A stretch of DNA of 62,060 bases, from positions 1-62,060 of IMG/VR virus record IMGVR_UViG_3300044970_000368; one strand, given 5' to 3'. This stretch comes from a virus (Duplodnaviria; Caudoviricetes). Positions 49,701-58,492 of the stretch are shown one piece after another. Below the pieces are notes generated by a model that worked only from the letters and a program-made list of their open reading frames with translations, had not been told where the DNA came from and did not search any database. A program made the translations under genes and the position numbers. Position 1 is the stretch's first letter, and each line of letters opens with the position of its first letter.

Positions 49701-50551
49701 AACGATGGAGCAGATGCAAATTCCAGCGAAGTTATCACTTGAGCATTACGCTGATCGCGTAATTGCATTGTTCCAAATCCAACTATGCTTGAAAGCGCGA
49801 TTGGGTATTGCAATGCTTCAGCGTTTAGCGAATCGCTGAAAAGCTGGACTGTAACTGCGTCAATAACTCCAACATAATATGTTTGACCATCGTTTAGCGG
49901 AACTGGAATTGTGCCTGTAAGAACCCTTGCCGACATTCCTTGACCAGATGTCAACCCATGTGGAGTTGAGGTTCTGAAGTCAGTTATTGGATCAACCGCA
50001 ACATCACGGGTTGCAATTGTTGCGTCATCTGGAGCAATCGTTCCATATTGGAAATCTTGCTGCGAGTGAATGGAAACAAGAATGCCATCAACTCCAGCAC
50101 CATTTGGCATCTGCGAACGGAGATTGCGATTATTTTGATCAAGTCCAAGAACGCGAATTTTCTTTCCAACATCGTTATTGCTTTCAGCAACCGCAACAAG
50201 TTGTGAAGGCTGAACAATGTCCATCAGCGTTGAGACATAGCCTCGATCATCCCATGCCCACTCAACGGAATTATACATTCCCCCTTTGTTCACATGGTAT
50301 TGGAACAAACGATTGCGGAAGTATGTCGGAGAACCATCGACGTTGACAGCAAGAGGCACATCAATGCCGCGAGGCAATGCGAGACTGCAACGATCCCAAC
50401 CAGTGCAGACATCGACCTCCGCTGTGGTATGCGTCCAGTGTCCAGATTCCATCAAGGTCTGAACTGCCTGCTGAATTTTACGAAATACCTTCTTGGTATC
50501 TGTTGATCCTAAAATTTCAGCGCATTCATCGAAGATTTCCGAGACAAACAT
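46796..50551 (-). CDS. Head-tail adaptor-like protein with a large inserted array of beta domains
   Basis: Helical termini; repeated HG..G..V.ISGA, GSGY...P and LP.PL....YY motifs. Confidence 0.55.
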   Translation of the reverse strand: MFVSEIFDECAEILGSTDTKKVFRKIQQAVQTLMESGHWTHTTAEVDVCTGWDRCSLALPRGIDVPLAVNVDGSPTYFRNRLFQYHVNKGGMYNSVEWAWDDRGYVSTLMDIVQPSQLVAVAESNNDVGKKIRVLGLDQNNRNLRSQMPNGAGVDGILVSIHSQQDFQYGTIAPDDATIATRDVAVDPITDFRTSTPHGLTSGQGMSARVLTGTIPVPLNDGQTYYVGVIDAVTVQLFSDSLNAEALQYPIALSSIVGFGTMQLRDQRNAQVITSLEFASAPSFAIDSPNEVVFPTLPLPAPLEQKKTYFAQPIDSTHLNIFSSLSDAKSNSNPIYTTGSMSPIDIDVRKAIVPETKLVFNVKHYFNDGDQVQATTNGGTLPQPLIENQNYFVNVVDDFSVSLHENQADAIASTTTNFVNPIKITTAGTGTNSLVKLLQATAKSGKENQITATGLNISTPSGDGAVFQAVVVGVVTSTRVVFKGSGYVSDPNITFSDPPTPPITSPLYGKQKTATGYSVRDTINNTLLNIVITDPGFGYVTPPTITIDQPVQQLLEVTSITKVGANKTISAGNLTGTIGGTTANVALNAHGYGNGQVVTISGATETEYNGTFTINVTGANTFTYTTLSPITVTTATGTIISTAYTGTIATATTNETHGYAVGDKVIISGASPSGFNGTITIISVNAAAKTFTYSVSSLLGSPASGVNITSQKLSGSQATATAIITTSFLSHFTQISGGSGYTEAPQVKITGGSGSGATATANVSGGIVTSLNVITSGSGYATTPDVTITPSTGVFVNFSSTGVLPSPLISGTAYRAESPDIINKTFTVQNTDFSDVNITSSGTGTFYVVLSRSFGVDFTNNWLGDFTTLVTGQQIYFGTDYILPTTSPSIDNGVTPFYLSVASNTLAKVYANVGLTTLINIDSFGTGQTYYAIRTQVSPSVDSNLIKPVNTAFLTEDQVVRFSSSNTLPTPLLAATNYTIKIIGDSVRVYNGASPVILSSTGSGQLSLDIIRDVTVQPSNNIVADSSLYETGTLLVARAKEGDTLPTGLLPNTNYYVRRIDNNSFELYNTLANARDLTSTTGRKTYTTTGNSVSSTFFVDAISDPIFVKSVAHIEKPLTDGYVSLYAWDYGRSNDMTLIGQYHPTEINPQYRRIRIGKPCAWARIIYKVTNPSISSVYDYIPLEQERAIIAAVHAVDLEDKDFADQAMRYWQIAFGYLKNQQESIDGHAMAVPQINSVCYAEGDGADPVMW

Positions 50552-50560
50552 GGCGCGAAA

Positions 50561-50881
50561 TTAGCGCATGGAACCTTCTTGTGCAAGAGAATTCAGAAAC
50601 TCTTCATCAGCACCCATTGCAGCGGCTTCTGCGGCCATTGCTTCTCCTTCTGGAGCGGTTGCGCCACCCTTTTGAGCTTCAACATCTGCCTTGAGCGTTT
50701 CAAGGCCAGTTGCAAGCTGTGTGACGAGCGTGTAGATGGCATCAAATGCGTCAGAAGGCATTTCAACCATTACTTGACCACCAGCAGGAGCCATGTCAGG
50801 AGTTGGTGCGGCCATTTCACCCGGCATCGCGTCTGTTGTTGGTGTTGGTGCTTCAGTTGGAAGCTCATTTTTAGGAGGCAT
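50561..50881 (-). CDS. Hypothetical protein
   Basis: 106-aa P/A/E-rich ORF. Confidence 0.65.
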   Translation of the reverse strand: MPPKNELPTEAPTPTTDAMPGEMAAPTPDMAPAGGQVMVEMPSDAFDAIYTLVTQLATGLETLKADVEAQKGGATAPEGEAMAAEAAAMGADEEFLNSLAQEGSMR

Positions 50882-50886
50882 AAATT

Positions 50887-51306
50887 TTAATCTTCGTCTT
50901 CTTCAGTTTCGTTCTCTTCGGATTCGCCAGAAGCAGCTTTCAAGCCCATCTCGATAGCGTCTTCATCATCCTCTTCTTCCATTTCTCCATCTGGCATTTC
51001 CTCGCAGCATTCTGGCTTGATACCACAAATACATAACTCAACTGAATGACGCTTTTCAGTTTTGCCATTGCGAGTAATGTCTTCCATGCGTTCCATTACT
51101 TTCTTGTAATGGATAATTGCCATACCTTCTTTTTTGAGCTTTTCCAAACCTTTTACATTGTCAAAGTAAAGCGAAGGATAGTGATATTTTGGAGATTCGC
51201 TGGATTCATCAGAACCCATAGAAATCGTCATTCCACCAGATTTTAGTTCTTCTCCGAGATCAATGAAATCGGATTTGAGTTTAGATTTTTCTTTTGTGTA
51301 TGGCAT
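50887..51306 (-). CDS. Hypothetical protein
   Basis: CICGIKPECC, DAIEMGL, acidic tail. Confidence 0.65.
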   Translation of the reverse strand: MPYTKEKSKLKSDFIDLGEELKSGGMTISMGSDESSESPKYHYPSLYFDNVKGLEKLKKEGMAIIHYKKVMERMEDITRNGKTEKRHSVELCICGIKPECCEEMPDGEMEEEDDEDAIEMGLKAASGESEENETEEDED

Positions 51307-51307
51307 A

Positions 51308-51712
51308 TTAATTCAGAATATCAGGCCAAGTTGCTTTGATGCCAGCAAGATCATCTGGAAGCGCAGTCAAAGTAACATCGCGGAGTGCTTGTTTAGCGGC
51401 AATGATTTCAGCTTTCTTCTCTTCGTCGTTAGCCTCAACTGCCTTCATAAAGTCAATGTCAAGCTTGGCGAGTTTAGGAGCGCGAGCGGCACGGAACTTA
51501 TCAAGATGAATAGCTTTCGCCTTCTCAATGTTTACCTTTGCGCCAGTTTCAGCATCAAACTCGTAAGCGTTGAAGTAGTCATTATCAATGTCAACTGACT
51601 CAACGATCTTGTATTCTACTCCTTCTGGAACATCCTTGATTGCATTATTAACATCTCCAGTAGGGATGACTACTGCTACTTGTCCGTTTGGTTGTGGGTA
51701 GGTGATAAACAT
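51308..51712 (-). CDS. Tail fibre assembly-like protein
   Basis: RAARAPKL..LD and KQALRDVT..WP. Confidence 0.6.
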   Translation of the reverse strand: MFITYPQPNGQVAVVIPTGDVNNAIKDVPEGVEYKIVESVDIDNDYFNAYEFDAETGAKVNIEKAKAIHLDKFRAARAPKLAKLDIDFMKAVEANDEEKKAEIIAAKQALRDVTLTALPDDLAGIKATWPDILN

Positions 51713-51716
51713 AAGA

Positions 51717-52400
51717 TTAGTTTCCGAAGATTGCTACATTTACTTGAAGGGTGTCTCTAAATGTTGAAAAATCAGATACTTCAAATCTAACAGATGCTGT
51801 TGATTGCCTACTATTTCTTGAGAGAGCGCAAATGACCCCGCCATTTGTTGGATTTGTTCCTTGACTATCTCCAGTAAGCAAAACACTATAATTTGCATCA
51901 GCCAATGCAGCAGTAAAATTCACAGTATAATCACCAGTTCCATTCTTCGTAATGCTGGATACATTGTAGCTGGAGCGGATTGTTGATCCTTGGAATGTAA
52001 TAGCAACGGCATTTAGAGCAGTAGTTGCAACAGTTGTTATTGTAAATGTATTTGAAGTAAGAACAGTTACTGTATATGAACCAGCAACAACACCAGTTAA
52101 AACATATACTATATTACCAGTTGTTAAACCATGAGCATTTGTTGTAGTTACAGTTGCAGTAGTGCTTCCAGCAATTCTTGTGACTGTGGAAGCTCCTCCA
52201 TCCCATGTGCCAGATGTAGTGCCATTAAAATTCACCCATGCTTTAGCAATCTGCTTCTGCTCGTTAGTGCCAAGTTTTGCTGCGGTGACTGAACCATTTG
52301 CAATTTGCGTTGCACCTACTGCGTTTGCTGGAATAACAGCACTCGTCAACGAAGTTGCATCGTTAAAAGTAATTCCTGCGGAGTCGATTGTTGTTGGCAT
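51717..52400 (-). CDS. Small fibre/decoration protein
   Basis: AWVNFNG, NVSSITKNGTGDYTVNF, ends VAIFGN. Confidence 0.65.
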   Translation of the reverse strand: MPTTIDSAGITFNDATSLTSAVIPANAVGATQIANGSVTAAKLGTNEQKQIAKAWVNFNGTTSGTWDGGASTVTRIAGSTTATVTTTNAHGLTTGNIVYVLTGVVAGSYTVTVLTSNTFTITTVATTALNAVAITFQGSTIRSSYNVSSITKNGTGDYTVNFTAALADANYSVLLTGDSQGTNPTNGGVICALSRNSRQSTASVRFEVSDFSTFRDTLQVNVAIFGN

Positions 52401-52405
52401 AATAA

Positions 52406-52936
52406 TTAGTTTCCGAAGATAGCTACATTAATAACTGTTACATCTGCATTTGCACCACTTGAATTTGATCCAGTCTCAATTCTAACACTTGATGATAAAA
52501 TAAAACTTGAATCAACACCTCTTATTGTTGTTCCTGAAGAAACATTCCCCAATGCGACTTGATTTGTATTTGCGATAGTAACATAATTCGCATCACTCAT
52601 CGCAGTAGTAAATGTAATAGTATAATCACCAAGTCCATTACGAAGAACGCTTGTTACATTACCACTTGAGCGAATGAAACGATTTGTGTTTGCTGTGCTA
52701 ACTGCTCCAGTAGTATCGCGTGTTCCATCAAAGTTCACCCATGCACGGCAAGCGTAAGATGGAGCGGAACCAGTCGTAGTTGAGAACTTGGTAGCAGTAT
52801 CAGCATTACCAATAACATTCCCAGTTAAGTTTCCTGTAATGCCACTCGTAGTCAGCGTAGCGGCAGTTGATCCATTGACCTTGAGATACCCTTGCGCGAG
52901 GCTGGAGTCGTTTTCTAATGAGAGTGATGTTGCCAT
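52406..52936 (-). CDS. Small fibre/decoration protein (paralog of 51717)
   Basis: RAWVNFDG, GDYTITF, ends VAIFGN. Confidence 0.65.
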   Translation of the reverse strand: MATSLSLENDSSLAQGYLKVNGSTAATLTTSGITGNLTGNVIGNADTATKFSTTTGSAPSYACRAWVNFDGTRDTTGAVSTANTNRFIRSSGNVTSVLRNGLGDYTITFTTAMSDANYVTIANTNQVALGNVSSGTTIRGVDSSFILSSSVRIETGSNSSGANADVTVINVAIFGN

Positions 52937-52939
52937 ATG

Positions 52940-53521
52940 TTATTCGTAAGAAATGTTAATTGTTCCAGCGTCAAATGTGTCTGTGCCGTTTACTGTTGTA
53001 AGACGAATTCGATCAATAGATGAAGAAAGCGTTACACTTCCTGCTGAAGATATAAAAACAGCACTATCTGATCGTGTAAGGTTTCCAGATGCAACCCAAG
53101 TATTTGATGAAAAATTATTTATTACCATTGTTCCTGTAACAATTGCGAGAGACGAACCAGTTCTAATACCAAAACCAGTTGTAAAAAGCGTTCCAACTAT
53201 CGCTGGCGCATCTACGCACGATCCTACATATCCATTATTTGCAAATGATCCAGACCCAATCTGAATTTGAAAATGACTTCCTCCACTTGCACTTGCGCCA
53301 TCAAGCATGACAGTAATCCGCTTCGCCCAACTTGGGATTCCAGTAAAGTTAACAGCAGTTCCAGATGCGGATTGTGCAGTTGCAAGTGTCAGTTGCGAAT
53401 AATCAGTCCCAACACTTGCTTGCGATACTACTCCAGAAGATGACTTCAAAATACCATTGATTGATCCAATGGTTGCTCCGGGTGTTACTACTCCTGTTGT
53501 TCCGTTAATTGTTACTGGCAT
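52940..53521 (-). CDS. Small fibre/decoration protein
   Basis: FTGIPSWAKRITV and DTFDAGTINISYE. Confidence 0.65.
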   Translation of the reverse strand: MPVTINGTTGVVTPGATIGSINGILKSSSGVVSQASVGTDYSQLTLATAQSASGTAVNFTGIPSWAKRITVMLDGASASGGSHFQIQIGSGSFANNGYVGSCVDAPAIVGTLFTTGFGIRTGSSLAIVTGTMVINNFSSNTWVASGNLTRSDSAVFISSAGSVTLSSSIDRIRLTTVNGTDTFDAGTINISYE

Positions 53522-53533
53522 AATTTTAATCCT

Positions 53534-54262
53534 TTATACTACTGTCCATGTTGATCCACTTGGCACTGTCACAGTAACCCCAGAGTCAATCGTAACTGGG
53601 CCTGCGGTCATTGCATTTTTATTTGTAGAAATTGTGTAGCTGGCGGTGACATTCTGATCATTCTCCCAGAAGATTTCGTCTGTTCCTGCGCCAGTTGCGC
53701 CACCAGTTCCAGCAGGGCCAGTCGATCCTGTGGCTCCATCAAGGCCAGTTGCGCCAACATCTCCAGTTGCACCAACCAAGCCAGTTGCTCCAGTTGCTCC
53801 AGTTGCTCCAGTTGGCCCTTCAACACCAGTAGCCCCAGTAGGCCCACCACTTGGGCCAGTAGCTCCACTTGGGCCAGTTGCACCAGTCGGGCCACCACTT
53901 GGGCCAGTAGCACCAGTAAGTCCAGTTGCGCCAGTGGAGCCATTTGAACCAATAAATCCGCTTGCCCCTGTAGCTCCAATCGGGCCAGTCGCACCCATGA
54001 ATGTGCCATCATTAGCAAGGCGAATAAAATAACACATCAAACCTTCATCGGTAAGGCGAGGTTGATCAAAAATCTCTGTGGTATTATTTGGATCGCATGG
54101 AATATTCCAAATTACTCGACCATGAGAAACCGATTTCTCAATAGTTCCATAAAGAGCATAAACAAGATTTCCAATCAGTGATGGAACTGACTCTGGAGAA
54201 ATCGTAGGATATGGAACCTCTGGGCAGGCTGTTGAAGTAGAGTTAGAGCATCCGCAAGACAT
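53534..54262 (-). CDS. Collagen-like fibre with Cys-rich N-terminus
   Basis: Likely start MSCGCSNS; GAT repeats; ends WTVV. Confidence 0.75.
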   Translation of the reverse strand: MSCGCSNSTSTACPEVPYPTISPESVPSLIGNLVYALYGTIEKSVSHGRVIWNIPCDPNNTTEIFDQPRLTDEGLMCYFIRLANDGTFMGATGPIGATGASGFIGSNGSTGATGLTGATGPSGGPTGATGPSGATGPSGGPTGATGVEGPTGATGATGATGLVGATGDVGATGLDGATGSTGPAGTGGATGAGTDEIFWENDQNVTASYTISTNKNAMTAGPVTIDSGVTVTVPSGSTWTVV

Positions 54263-54311
54263 ATAAGATTTCGTTAAAATTGCATTATTAAAAATTAAAG
54301 TCAAACATTTT

Positions 54312-55994
54312 TTACACTACAGTCCAAACTCCACCAGTTGGAACAGTAACAACAGCTCCAGATGCAATTGTTATAGGGCCAAAACTACCAGCGTTTTGCG
54401 CTACTGGTATTGTGTAAGATGTATTTACAATTTGTCCATTCAAAAAGAAAATAGCATCTGTTCCTGCTCCTGTTGCACCTCCACCACTTCCAGCAGGGCC
54501 GGTAGCACCAGTTGCACCCTGCGTTCCAACGCCCGTGGCTCCAGTTGCTCCACTCGCTCCAACCCCAGTAGCACCCGTTGATCCCGTCGAACCTTGTATT
54601 CCTTGGATGCCTTGAACACCCTGCACACCAGTAGCTCCAGTAGCTCCATCAATACCTTGAATTCCGGTGGCTCCAGTGCCACCTTGAATACCTTGAATTC
54701 CGGTTGCGCCAGTCGCGCCTGTGGAACCTTGTATTCCTTGAGGCCCAGTAGCACCAGTGCTTCCGTTAATACCTTGAATTCCGGTTGCGCCAGTAGAACC
54801 TTCTGGGCCAGTCAATCCTGTAGAGCCAGTGGCTCCTTGAATTCCTTGTATACCTTGAACTCCAGTTGCACCAGTTGATCCATCAATGCCTTGGATACCA
54901 GTGCTTCCCGTTGATCCAGTCGCGCCTTGCCCTCCAACCACACCAGTTGCGCCCGTGCTACCAGTCAACCCTGTTGCTCCAGTAAGACCAGATGTAACGA
55001 TAGCAAAGATCAATTGCTGGTTGTTTGAGAATTGCGATACTCCAGCAGATGTAACAAATGTTACTGGTATTGAAACATAGCTATTAGAAACAACAGTTGG
55101 AGTTGCGGAGATTTGCCAAGTTTGGTAATTACTGGAATTTCCTTGGTCTTGAATAATAAATGTATCTCCCGTCTTAAATAGAGAGAAGAAAACATCAATA
55201 TCATTTCCCAGTGCATCAATGTGAGAGAGCGTTACAATCGTAGCAGAAGTTTGAGTAGCATTATCCCAATACAATGTCTGAACTGAAGGAACTCCTGATG
55301 TTATTGTTGTATCTGCTTTATAGTTGTAAAAAGTAGATGACTGCCCAGCCGCTCCAGTTGCACCAGTAAGACCTGTTGAGCCAGTTGCACCAATTCCCGT
55401 TGCCCCTGTTGATCCATCTAATCCAGAAACACCTGTCGCGCCCGTGATTCCCGTTGCGCCTTGACCTCCTGTTAGTCCCGTTGCGCCTTGACCTCCAGTC
55501 GCACCAGTCGCACCAGTCGATCCAGTGGCTCCCTGTCCTCCTATCACGCCAGTCGCACCTTGAATACCTTGAATTCCAGTAGAGCCTGTAGCTCCCGTGG
55601 AACCTTGTTCGCCTTGAATGCCAGTCGCACCAGTGGCTCCCGTGCTGCCTTGACCTCCTGTTAATCCAGTAGCCCCTGTTGAACCATCGTCACCTTGGTT
55701 TCCTTGAATGCCTTGAACACCTTGAGGCCCAGTAGCTCCAATTAAACCTTGACTTCCTGTTGCGCCAGTTGATCCAATCCCAGTTGCTCCTATTAAACCT
55801 GTGGCTCCCGTGCTGCCGTCTGGCCCAGTCGATCCAGTAGAACCTGTAAGTCCAGTCGCACCTGTTGGCCCAGTTGCACCAATTGCAGCAGTATTAGCTA
55901 TAGAATCCCATGCAAACCCATTCCATTGCCAACCTTTTCCTCCAGCAAAAAAAGTTTCTCCAATAAAAGTCGGAATAGGAAAAGTGATTGGCAT
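54312..55994 (-). CDS. Collagen-like fibre
   Basis: Two G-X-Y blocks; ends WTVV like 53534. Confidence 0.8.
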   Translation of the reverse strand: MPITFPIPTFIGETFFAGGKGWQWNGFAWDSIANTAAIGATGPTGATGLTGSTGSTGPDGSTGATGLIGATGIGSTGATGSQGLIGATGPQGVQGIQGNQGDDGSTGATGLTGGQGSTGATGATGIQGEQGSTGATGSTGIQGIQGATGVIGGQGATGSTGATGATGGQGATGLTGGQGATGITGATGVSGLDGSTGATGIGATGSTGLTGATGAAGQSSTFYNYKADTTITSGVPSVQTLYWDNATQTSATIVTLSHIDALGNDIDVFFSLFKTGDTFIIQDQGNSSNYQTWQISATPTVVSNSYVSIPVTFVTSAGVSQFSNNQQLIFAIVTSGLTGATGLTGSTGATGVVGGQGATGSTGSTGIQGIDGSTGATGVQGIQGIQGATGSTGLTGPEGSTGATGIQGINGSTGATGPQGIQGSTGATGATGIQGIQGGTGATGIQGIDGATGATGVQGVQGIQGIQGSTGSTGATGVGASGATGATGVGTQGATGATGPAGSGGGATGAGTDAIFFLNGQIVNTSYTIPVAQNAGSFGPITIASGAVVTVPTGGVWTVV

Positions 55995-56015
55995 ATCTTA
56001 AATCAAAAGGTTTAT

Positions 56016-56312
56016 TTACTTTTCTGCTTTCTTTTTGTCAAAGGAAAGTTTTAGAACTTGCCAGTAAACCTCGTCAATAAGCGTTCCGAGTTCCTCTACT
56101 GTTTCTTCCTGCAAGTCGGATAGTCTTGCGTGAATTAGTTCGTGCGATAAAACATTAAGAAGGTTGCTTTGCGAGTTTGGATTGATCGTAATCAAGCGTT
56201 TTTCGTAATCACAGCAACCATCGTCTGTGACACCATCAGTCTTGCCGGGATGTCCAAACTTAATAGTCCACAATTGACCATTAATTCTTGCTTTTACGCT
56301 TTTTTTCGTCAT
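56016..56312 (-). CDS. Small HExxH metallopeptidase-like protein
   Basis: SHELIHA. Confidence 0.65.
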   Translation of the reverse strand: MTKKSVKARINGQLWTIKFGHPGKTDGVTDDGCCDYEKRLITINPNSQSNLLNVLSHELIHARLSDLQEETVEELGTLIDEVYWQVLKLSFDKKKAEK

Positions 56313-56544
56313 GGAAAAAATAATGTGGAGTCTTGTGCATTGCGTTGTTTTTACGAGGCAGGAAATAATCTTTTCTTTCAACAATTCCAAGCTCAACTCC
56401 TGCATTTAGTCGCTTATTGGTTGCAGTTGAATTAAGATTCCACAACTTGCACAAGTCTTTGCATGAATACCACCCTTTAGGAACTGGTTCGTATCGTTTA
56501 TGGATACTATCTTGGATGATTTTTAGAAAGTCGTTTGGAGTCAT
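56281..56544 (-). CDS. Hypothetical protein, possible HTH
   Basis: VPKGWYS..DL..LW; likely start MTPNDF. Confidence 0.55.
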   Translation of the reverse strand: MTPNDFLKIIQDSIHKRYEPVPKGWYSCKDLCKLWNLNSTATNKRLNAGVELGIVERKDYFLPRKNNAMHKTPHYFFHDEKKRKSKN

Positions 56545-57305
56545 ATTGGAAGTCTCCACACATCTCCTTTTGCGCGTTGCGTGATTTGAAGTGATGATTG
56601 ATGCAATGACTCGCAATACTCTCCCCACAACCATCCTTGACACCAACTAAATGTGCTTCTGCGATTTTTAGCATATTCCAATGCTCCGCGAGCAGTAAGA
56701 GTTCCAATATTATAGCAAGTTCCACCATGATATGTTCTGGCATTTTGAATCGCTACACGATGAGTATGCCCCATGATTATTTTGCGCCTGCTTCTATCGC
56801 AATATTGCTCTGCCATGTCTCTTGCCGCAGATTCTCCATAACAAGTTCCATGAGTAAATCCCATGTCTGCTATATCAACAATTTGTTCAATTCCAGAATA
56901 CGGAATCAACCTTGCTTTAAGTTTTTTTGATGTATCTTCAATTGCAGAAATAATTTTGTGGGCGCAATATGATGTAACGGCATTTTTACTATTTGTTAGC
57001 TTCCACGCTCGATCTTCATGGTTGCCACAAAGGATATATGGGTCTTTGCATCCTGCCATTAGTTGTCGCAAATGAGTTAATCCAGTATCAATATCTGGAG
57101 TTATTTCATCTCCATCATTACCAGACCCTGCGCCATTTCCCATTAGCGCAGACATATCAATAAAGTCACCAAGATGAAGTATTGTGTCTGGCTTAAATTT
57201 TTCTTTGAATGCCATCACTTGTTTCCATGCTTCGGAATCGCAATAACGGGCATGACTGCAAGAAACTGCCAGCACTTTTTTCCATTTGTGTGCAATATTA
57301 GCCAT
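56541..57305 (-). CDS. Calcineurin-like metallophosphoesterase
   Basis: HLGDFID, GNHEDR, THG, GHTH. Confidence 0.88.
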   Translation of the reverse strand: MANIAHKWKKVLAVSCSHARYCDSEAWKQVMAFKEKFKPDTILHLGDFIDMSALMGNGAGSGNDGDEITPDIDTGLTHLRQLMAGCKDPYILCGNHEDRAWKLTNSKNAVTSYCAHKIISAIEDTSKKLKARLIPYSGIEQIVDIADMGFTHGTCYGESAARDMAEQYCDRSRRKIIMGHTHRVAIQNARTYHGGTCYNIGTLTARGALEYAKNRRSTFSWCQGWLWGEYCESLHQSSLQITQRAKGDVWRLPI

Positions 57306-57311
57306 ATTTAT

Positions 57312-57833
57312 TTATATCGATGCAATACTTGGATGAATGCGAATCAAATCTTTTACAAGAGATTTCTTTCTAACTTTTCTCCAGACTCCATCTCCGCTTG
57401 TTGAATCTCTTTCACCTTTGCCATTCGTATTTCCTTCCAAAGTCACAATTTCTTTCCCTGTGTCTTCAACAACAAATCCAACATGAGAGAAGTCAAATGT
57501 TACGATGTCGCCAAGTTGCGCCTTGTGCGTTTCATTATATACTTTAGTGGTGCTTGGACGCTGTAATGCCCAAGATTTTAGTCCATACGCAAGTGCTGTC
57601 TTTGGTCGCCATTCTTCTGGAGTCCTGCGTTGAAGATTAAGCCAAATTACAACTTGAGGAATAGCCAACCATTCACGAATACACCAATCCGTATAAGCGG
57701 CACACCAAGGCCAAGCTCCGGGGTTTAAATCTGTCGCGGATTGATACTCGCGGATTCGTGATCCACGATTATTTCCGCCTTCTTCCCTCACGCCAACTTC
57801 AGCAGAAGCAATGGCGATAAGTTTGTGAAGCAT
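57312..57833 (-). CDS. CHAP-domain endolysin
   Basis: PWCAAY, SHVGFV, EGNT. Confidence 0.85.
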   Translation of the reverse strand: MLHKLIAIASAEVGVREEGGNNRGSRIREYQSATDLNPGAWPWCAAYTDWCIREWLAIPQVVIWLNLQRRTPEEWRPKTALAYGLKSWALQRPSTTKVYNETHKAQLGDIVTFDFSHVGFVVEDTGKEIVTLEGNTNGKGERDSTSGDGVWRKVRKKSLVKDLIRIHPSIASI

Positions 57834-57836
57834 GAA

Positions 57837-58001
57837 TTATTTGTTGCTATCTTTGGCAAGGATTAAGCCAACGCCAGCGGTAACTGCCGCAAAAAGTAGG
57901 CCAATATCACCAAGCGTTCCGTTAGTCAAGAATTCTTTGCCTGCGTCAGCAACTGCTGCGAGGATTGTAAATACTCCGAGGAGCGAGGTTTTCCAGTTCA
58001 T
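57837..58001 (-). CDS. Holin-like two-TM protein (54 aa, not in ORF track)
   Basis: MNWKTSLLGVFTILAAV...GVGLILAKD. Confidence 0.7.
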   Translation of the reverse strand: MNWKTSLLGVFTILAAVADAGKEFLTNGTLGDIGLLFAAVTAGVGLILAKDSNK

Positions 58002-58156
58002 TTTTTTGTTCCTTTTGGTTCGGGAAGTTCATAAGTAAAACTTCCGTATTGTGTCTGTAGAGAGATACCAAGTGTCTCGCACCCTGTCAAGAATGCCATT
58101 GCTAAAAATGCAAACGAGATGATAACTAATCCAACTGCGATTTGTTTAGGGTTCAT
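57998..58156 (-). CDS. Small lipoprotein, possible spanin component (52 aa, not in ORF track)
   Basis: Hydrophobic signal plus LTGC lipobox within the lysis cassette. Confidence 0.6.
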   Translation of the reverse strand: MNPKQIAVGLVIISFAFLAMAFLTGCETLGISLQTQYGSFTYELPEPKGTKK

Positions 58157-58329
58157 TGTTTACGGATTTTGTTGAACATATAAACTGCTGTGAGAAGTCC
58201 CGCAATAAGAGAAACAAACAATCCGCTCACTCGCAAACCAGTTTCAATGTGTGGCATCATGCTAACCATGAAACCAGTAAAACTTGTGGTGGTTCCTAAA
58301 ATACCTGTGAGTGTCGTATTGTCGTTCAT
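58153..58329 (-). CDS. Holin-like membrane protein (58 aa, not in ORF track)
   Basis: Hydrophobic segments with basic C-terminus KIRKQ. Confidence 0.55.
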   Translation of the reverse strand: MNDNTTLTGILGTTTSFTGFMVSMMPHIETGLRVSGLFVSLIAGLLTAVYMFNKIRKQ

Positions 58330-58490
58330 TCTTCTGGCTTCTCGTTAATAGTTGAATAATCTAAATCTTTTCGCTTAACTGCATAAGTTCCTTCTGGCAA
58401 AGGCCAAGTTTCGGTGTTGCCATCCCAGCGGATGACCATTTCTACGAAATTTCCTTCTTTGTTGATGATTGCCCAGTCGTCGATTTCCAT
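58326..58490 (-). CDS. Small fibre-partner protein, copy 2 (54 aa, not in ORF track)
   Basis: MEIDDW...IRWDGNTETWPLPEGTYAVKR. Confidence 0.7.
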   Translation of the reverse strand: MEIDDWAIINKEGNFVEMVIRWDGNTETWPLPEGTYAVKRKDLDYSTINEKPEE

Positions 58491-58492
58491 AA

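Noticed and set aside
53700-55900. CRISPR-like periodic repeats
   Set aside because: 9-bp periodicity comes from Gly-X-Y codons; there is no repeat-spacer structure
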